Below, piece by piece: positions 60,683 to 64,000 of a stretch of DNA of 64,000 bases. The stretch is from Deltaproteobacteria bacterium. Lineage in GTDB: Bacteria; Myxococcota_A; Polyangia; Fen-1088. Position 1 is the stretch's first letter; each line of letters starts with the position of its first letter. A model generated the notes under the pieces. The model did no database searches and had not been told where the DNA came from. It was given only the letters and a program-made list of their open reading frames with translations. The stretch is from assembly GCA_033763315.1 (NCBI GenBank), contig JANRKS010000008.1:127078-191077 (forward strand), read 5' to 3'. Position numbers and translations under genes: made by a program.

Positions 60683-60777
60683 CGGCAGGGGCAATTTATA
60701 ACCGCGGGCGTCCGCGGCAATTGCATCGTCAAAAAGTTGTCACTTCTCGCGGCTTTACCTCCTCACGTGAGCCGCCG

Positions 60778-61659
60778 ATGGAACGTGACATCCGAATGCA
60801 GTCATCGTTGTCATCAACGGGGTTTGCCACCTCGACACCGCGCTCGATCGAATCCATCGAAGCCGGCACAGCAGCGCTCCTCGATTCCGGCCGGGTTGCC
60901 GTGCCCCCACTCCCCTGGGTGGCCGCCACCCTCCTGCACGACACCCACTCCCTCAACCCCGGTGTGCAGCTGCTGGGCGAACTTGCCACCGATGACGCCC
61001 TGGCAAGCGCTGTTCTTAGGATCTGCAACTCGCCCACCTATCAGCCGCGGACGCCGGTTGTGTCTTTGCAGCAAGCGTCCAGCCGGCTCGGGCTTTCGGC
61101 GCTTTCGGAAATCGCGCTTGCAGCCGCTTTGCAGTCAAGCGTGTTTGCCATCGAGGGGTTTGAGAACGAAATGCGCGCGTACTGGCGGGGCGCGCTTGCA
61201 GCGGCGCTGTTTGCCAAGGATTTAGGGCGCTCCTGCGGCCTTTGCGACGCCGAGACATTTCCGTGCGGGTTGCTCCATGAGATTGGCTTTCCGTTGGCAT
61301 TGCAGGCCGCTCATTCGTGGTCACTCGCAAACGGCTATTGTCCCAGCGCCACCGGGGTTCGTGAGTTGGTGATCGCCACAGGCCATCGACTGACGCCGCA
61401 AGCGGGGGCGTGTGTCGTCGAAGCGTGGGCCCTCGAAGCGCCTTTGGCGCCCGCCATCTTCAGTCACCACCCTGCCTTTCGCGTGACCGATTCACCCCAC
61501 AGCACAATCGCCCATATGGCCACCCAAATGGCCGCGTCCCTCTATCGCCGCGAGCCCCAATGGGCCCGCCCCCCCGCCGACCCCACCGACCTAGCCGCCT
61601 CCGCCCTCCCCCGCCTAGGCGACACCGTCCGCGTCTGGGTCGACTCCCTCACTGTCTGA
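60778..61659 (+). CDS. Stand-alone HDOD domain protein
   Basis: VPPLP, D.ALA..VLRICNS, GLLHEIG, W.L......I..HH. Start uncertain. Confidence 0.8.
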   Translation: MERDIRMQSSLSSTGFATSTPRSIESIEAGTAALLDSGRVAVPPLPWVAATLLHDTHSLNPGVQLLGELATDDALASAVLRICNSPTYQPRTPVVSLQQASSRLGLSALSEIALAAALQSSVFAIEGFENEMRAYWRGALAAALFAKDLGRSCGLCDAETFPCGLLHEIGFPLALQAAHSWSLANGYCPSATGVRELVIATGHRLTPQAGACVVEAWALEAPLAPAIFSHHPAFRVTDSPHSTIAHMATQMAASLYRREPQWARPPADPTDLAASALPRLGDTVRVWVDSLTV

Positions 61660-61661
61660 GG

Positions 61662-61960
61662 CCGGCGGCCGGCCCCACCGGGGTTGGAGGCCCACCCACT
61701 TGGAGGCCCAGCCCACCGGGGTTGGGAGGCCGAGGCCGCCACCCCACCGGCCCCACCGGAGTTTGAGGTCTAAACTGGTCGGCGGCTCACCGGGGTTGCG
61801 GATGCGGTAAGGGTTTCGGATGCGGTCACAGGACGTCGGCCGGCCCCACCGGGGACGCCGGCCGGCCCCACCGGCCGGCCCCACCGGGGTTGGGGCCGGC
61901 CCCACCGGGGTTGGGGTCTAAACTGGTCGGCGGCTCACCGGGGTTGCGGATGCGGTAAGA
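61662..61960. repeat. GC-rich REP-like repeat cluster upstream of the transposase
   Basis: About eight copies of (C)CCCACCGG, several extended to CCCCACCGGGGTTGGGG, plus a perfect 45-bp direct repeat at 61767-61811 and 61915-61959. Confidence 0.85.
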
Positions 61961-62004
61961 GGACGTGCATTTTCCTCGCAACAATCGGCTGCAGACACCG
62001 ATAG

Positions 62005-62985
62005 GTGGTTATGTCACTTCCACGGGCTGTTGTTCCTAACCGTTGCGGCCTTGTCACGCGCCGTTGCTCTGAACGTCGGTTTTTCATGCGGCCGGATCCC
62101 GAAACCACGAACGCGTTTCTTTACTGCATCGCGGTTAGTTCTCTTCGCTTCGGCGTTGGCATCGTTGGGTTCGGCATGATGAGCAATCATTATCACGCTG
62201 TCACCGCAGACACAGAAGGCCGGATGCCTGATTTCCTGCAATATTTTCATCGCATTTTTGCAGTCCACCAGAATGTTTTGCGAGGAAGGTGGGAAGCATT
62301 TTGGGCACCCCATGAACAGCCCTCGGTTGTCGAACTTGTTGATGCTGACGACGTTGTGAGGAAGCTCGTGTATGCGATAACAAACCCGATCAAGGACCAC
62401 TTGGTTGATAAGCTTGAACATTGGCCGGGTGCCAACGCCCTCGCGATTCTCGCGTCCGGCGGGTCTATTACGATCCGCCGGCCAAAGTTGTTTTTCAGCA
62501 AAGACGGGCCATTCCCTGAGACAGTCGAACTTCAACTTGTTCGTTCCCCCATGCACGCCGAAATGTCACAGGAAGAATGGGTCGATCTGCTGCAGAAACG
62601 CGTTGAAGAGGAAACGAACAGGATCCGCACTGGCCGCATCAAAGCGGGTCGTTGTGTGTTGGGCGCAAAACAAGTTCTTTCACAACACTGGAATGACGCC
62701 CCGAAATCGCGAGAACCCCGACGAACCATTAAACCTCACGTCGCCTGTGCTGATCCGTGGAGGCGCAAAGAGGTCCTGCAGCGAAACCGTGAGTTCCTCA
62801 ACGCTTACCGCAACGCGCGTGCGGCATGGTTGGCGGGCGCCAGGGACGTAGTTTTCCCCTACGGAGTCTGGTCCCTGCGTCGGCTGCCTGGGGTTCGCTG
62901 TGCCGAAGGGCCACCTCCCCGGCAGCCGGTTCACGGAGCAAACAACGATGCGAGCTCAAAGGACGTTGGCACACCAAGCAACTGA
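62005..62985 (+). mobile_element. Y1 HUH transposase of the RAYT (REP-associated) / IS200-like type
   Basis: T.RC N-terminal motif, MSNHYH HUH motif, G..W, YAITNP catalytic Tyr; visibly more T-rich than neighbouring genes; adjacent repeat cluster. Confidence 0.82.
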
Positions 62986-63650
62986 CACACCTTCGCATCC
63001 GCGAATGCCAGCGAAACAGCTCTTAGCGCGATACCAGCCGTGCCCTCAGAGGCCGCGGCACCTCCATACAAAACGTCGCCAGCGATTGGGAAACCCGCAT
63101 TTGCAAGGTGCACCCTCAACTGATGAGCTCGCCCTGTCTCAGGCTTGAGCTCCCAAAGTGCCACATCGCCGCTCGCACCGAAAATCCCTGCCTCTGTGGC
63201 AAACACGCGACGAATGTAACGCGCCTGCGTGCGAGCCAACTGTCCATGAGGCGCGACGAAGCTTCTGCGTTTGCCGCGCACCAGAAGGCTCTCCCACGTT
63301 TGAACGTCGCCACTGGGAAGAGCGGCTTCGCTAAAGCGAGTGAAGGCGTGATAAATCTTGTGAACCGTGCGGCTCTCGAAAGCCACCGAGGCGATACGGT
63401 GCGCTTGTGGGTTCAGAGCAAAAAGAACCGCCCCCGAAACCTCGTAATCCAGGCGATGGATGGGCCAGAGCCGGCGCCCGAGCTCCCCTTCCAGCCATCG
63501 CCCTAGGCACGGGCGAGCGTCGTCAGCGCCCTGCCGCCCTGGCACAGTCAAGATGCACGGGCGCTTGTCCACAAGCACCAGAGCGTCGTTCTGCCAAACG
63601 ATTGTGCCGCACAAGGAGCGAGCCTCAACCCCTCTGGAGACCGTCGTCAT
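62931..63650 (-). CDS. RluA-family RNA pseudouridine synthase
   Basis: VDK, HRLDYEVSG (catalytic Asp), K.Y.A, TGRAHQLRVH, GD.LYG. Start re-set to ATG 63650; a downstream GTG is possible. Confidence 0.9.
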   Translation of the reverse strand: MTTVSRGVEARSLCGTIVWQNDALVLVDKRPCILTVPGRQGADDARPCLGRWLEGELGRRLWPIHRLDYEVSGAVLFALNPQAHRIASVAFESRTVHKIYHAFTRFSEAALPSGDVQTWESLLVRGKRRSFVAPHGQLARTQARYIRRVFATEAGIFGASGDVALWELKPETGRAHQLRVHLANAGFPIAGDVLYGGAAASEGTAGIALRAVSLAFADAKVCQLLGVPTSFELASLFAP

Positions 63651-63695
63651 GGACGCACTCTGACACACTACGATTGGGACGCCTGCAGCTTCTGC

Positions 63696-63805
63696 AGAGC
63701 CATGCCCCAACCCCAGAGCCATCCCCAGCCATGCCCCAACCCCAGAGCCATGCCCCAGCCATGCCCCAGCCATGCCCCAACCCCCAGAGCCATGCCCCAA
63801 CCCCC
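63696..63805. repeat. Tandem array of (AG)AGCCAT(G)CCCC(AACCCC) units
   Basis: Seven AGCCAT(G)CCCC cores, four of them followed by AACCCC. Confidence 0.8.
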
Positions 63806-64000
63806 GTGCGGGGCCCAACCCCCCCCCCCCCCCCGGCGGCCCCAACCCCCCGCGGCCCCCCCACCCCCCCCCCGGCCCCCCCCCCCCGGGGGGGCCCCAC
63901 CCCCCGCGCCCCCGCCCCCCCCCCCCCCCCCCCCGCCAACAGGCCGGGGGGGGCCCGCCACCCCGCCCCCCCCCCACCCCCCCCCCCCCCCCCCCCCCCC
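63806..64000. other. Poly-C low-complexity tract, probably unreliable sequence
   Basis: Long C homopolymers with scattered G/A at the window end. Confidence 0.6.

Noticed and set aside
61767-61959. 45-bp direct repeat pair as a CRISPR array
   Set aside because: Only two copies, the 103-nt interval is itself made of repeats, and there are no cas genes in the window.
63651-64000. Gly-rich N-terminal extension of RluA and other Gly-rich ORFs
   Set aside because: Translations of the repeat array and poly-C tract, which is probably low-quality sequence.

Overview
GC-rich, gene-dense bacterial chromosome segment, most likely from a myxobacterium (Myxococcota), judged from a MYXO-CTERM-type sorting tail, two Hanks kinases, HDOD proteins and a CarH-family regulator. 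About 49 credible CDSs; no rRNA, tRNA or CRISPR array was recognised. Main blocks: a DUF2760 + twin atypical Hsp70 operon; ctaA plus a Cpx-like two-component triad; recC-recB-recD; a propeller-sensor/NarL pair; an MNIO (DUF692) RiPP cluster whose secreted precursor is built from CKGKDG repeats; glgP; and a light-response/carotenoid locus. That locus has carH-photolyase-GT1 divergent from ECF sigma-TPR-crtY-crtE-crtI-crtB and an uncharacterised membrane protein with a duplicated D-x3-H-x3-Y...E-x3-H motif. Further along are a receptor-topology Ser/Thr kinase with an HDOD partner and a RAYT-type HUH transposase next to GC-rich repeat arrays. The last ~190 nt are a poly-C tract of doubtful quality. 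Top leads: the unknown membrane protein in the crt operon (candidate new carotenoid-tailoring metalloenzyme), the modular Cys/Lys RiPP precursor, and the CarH-ECF circuit with no visible anti-sigma. All product calls come from motif recognition by eye; no database search was run.
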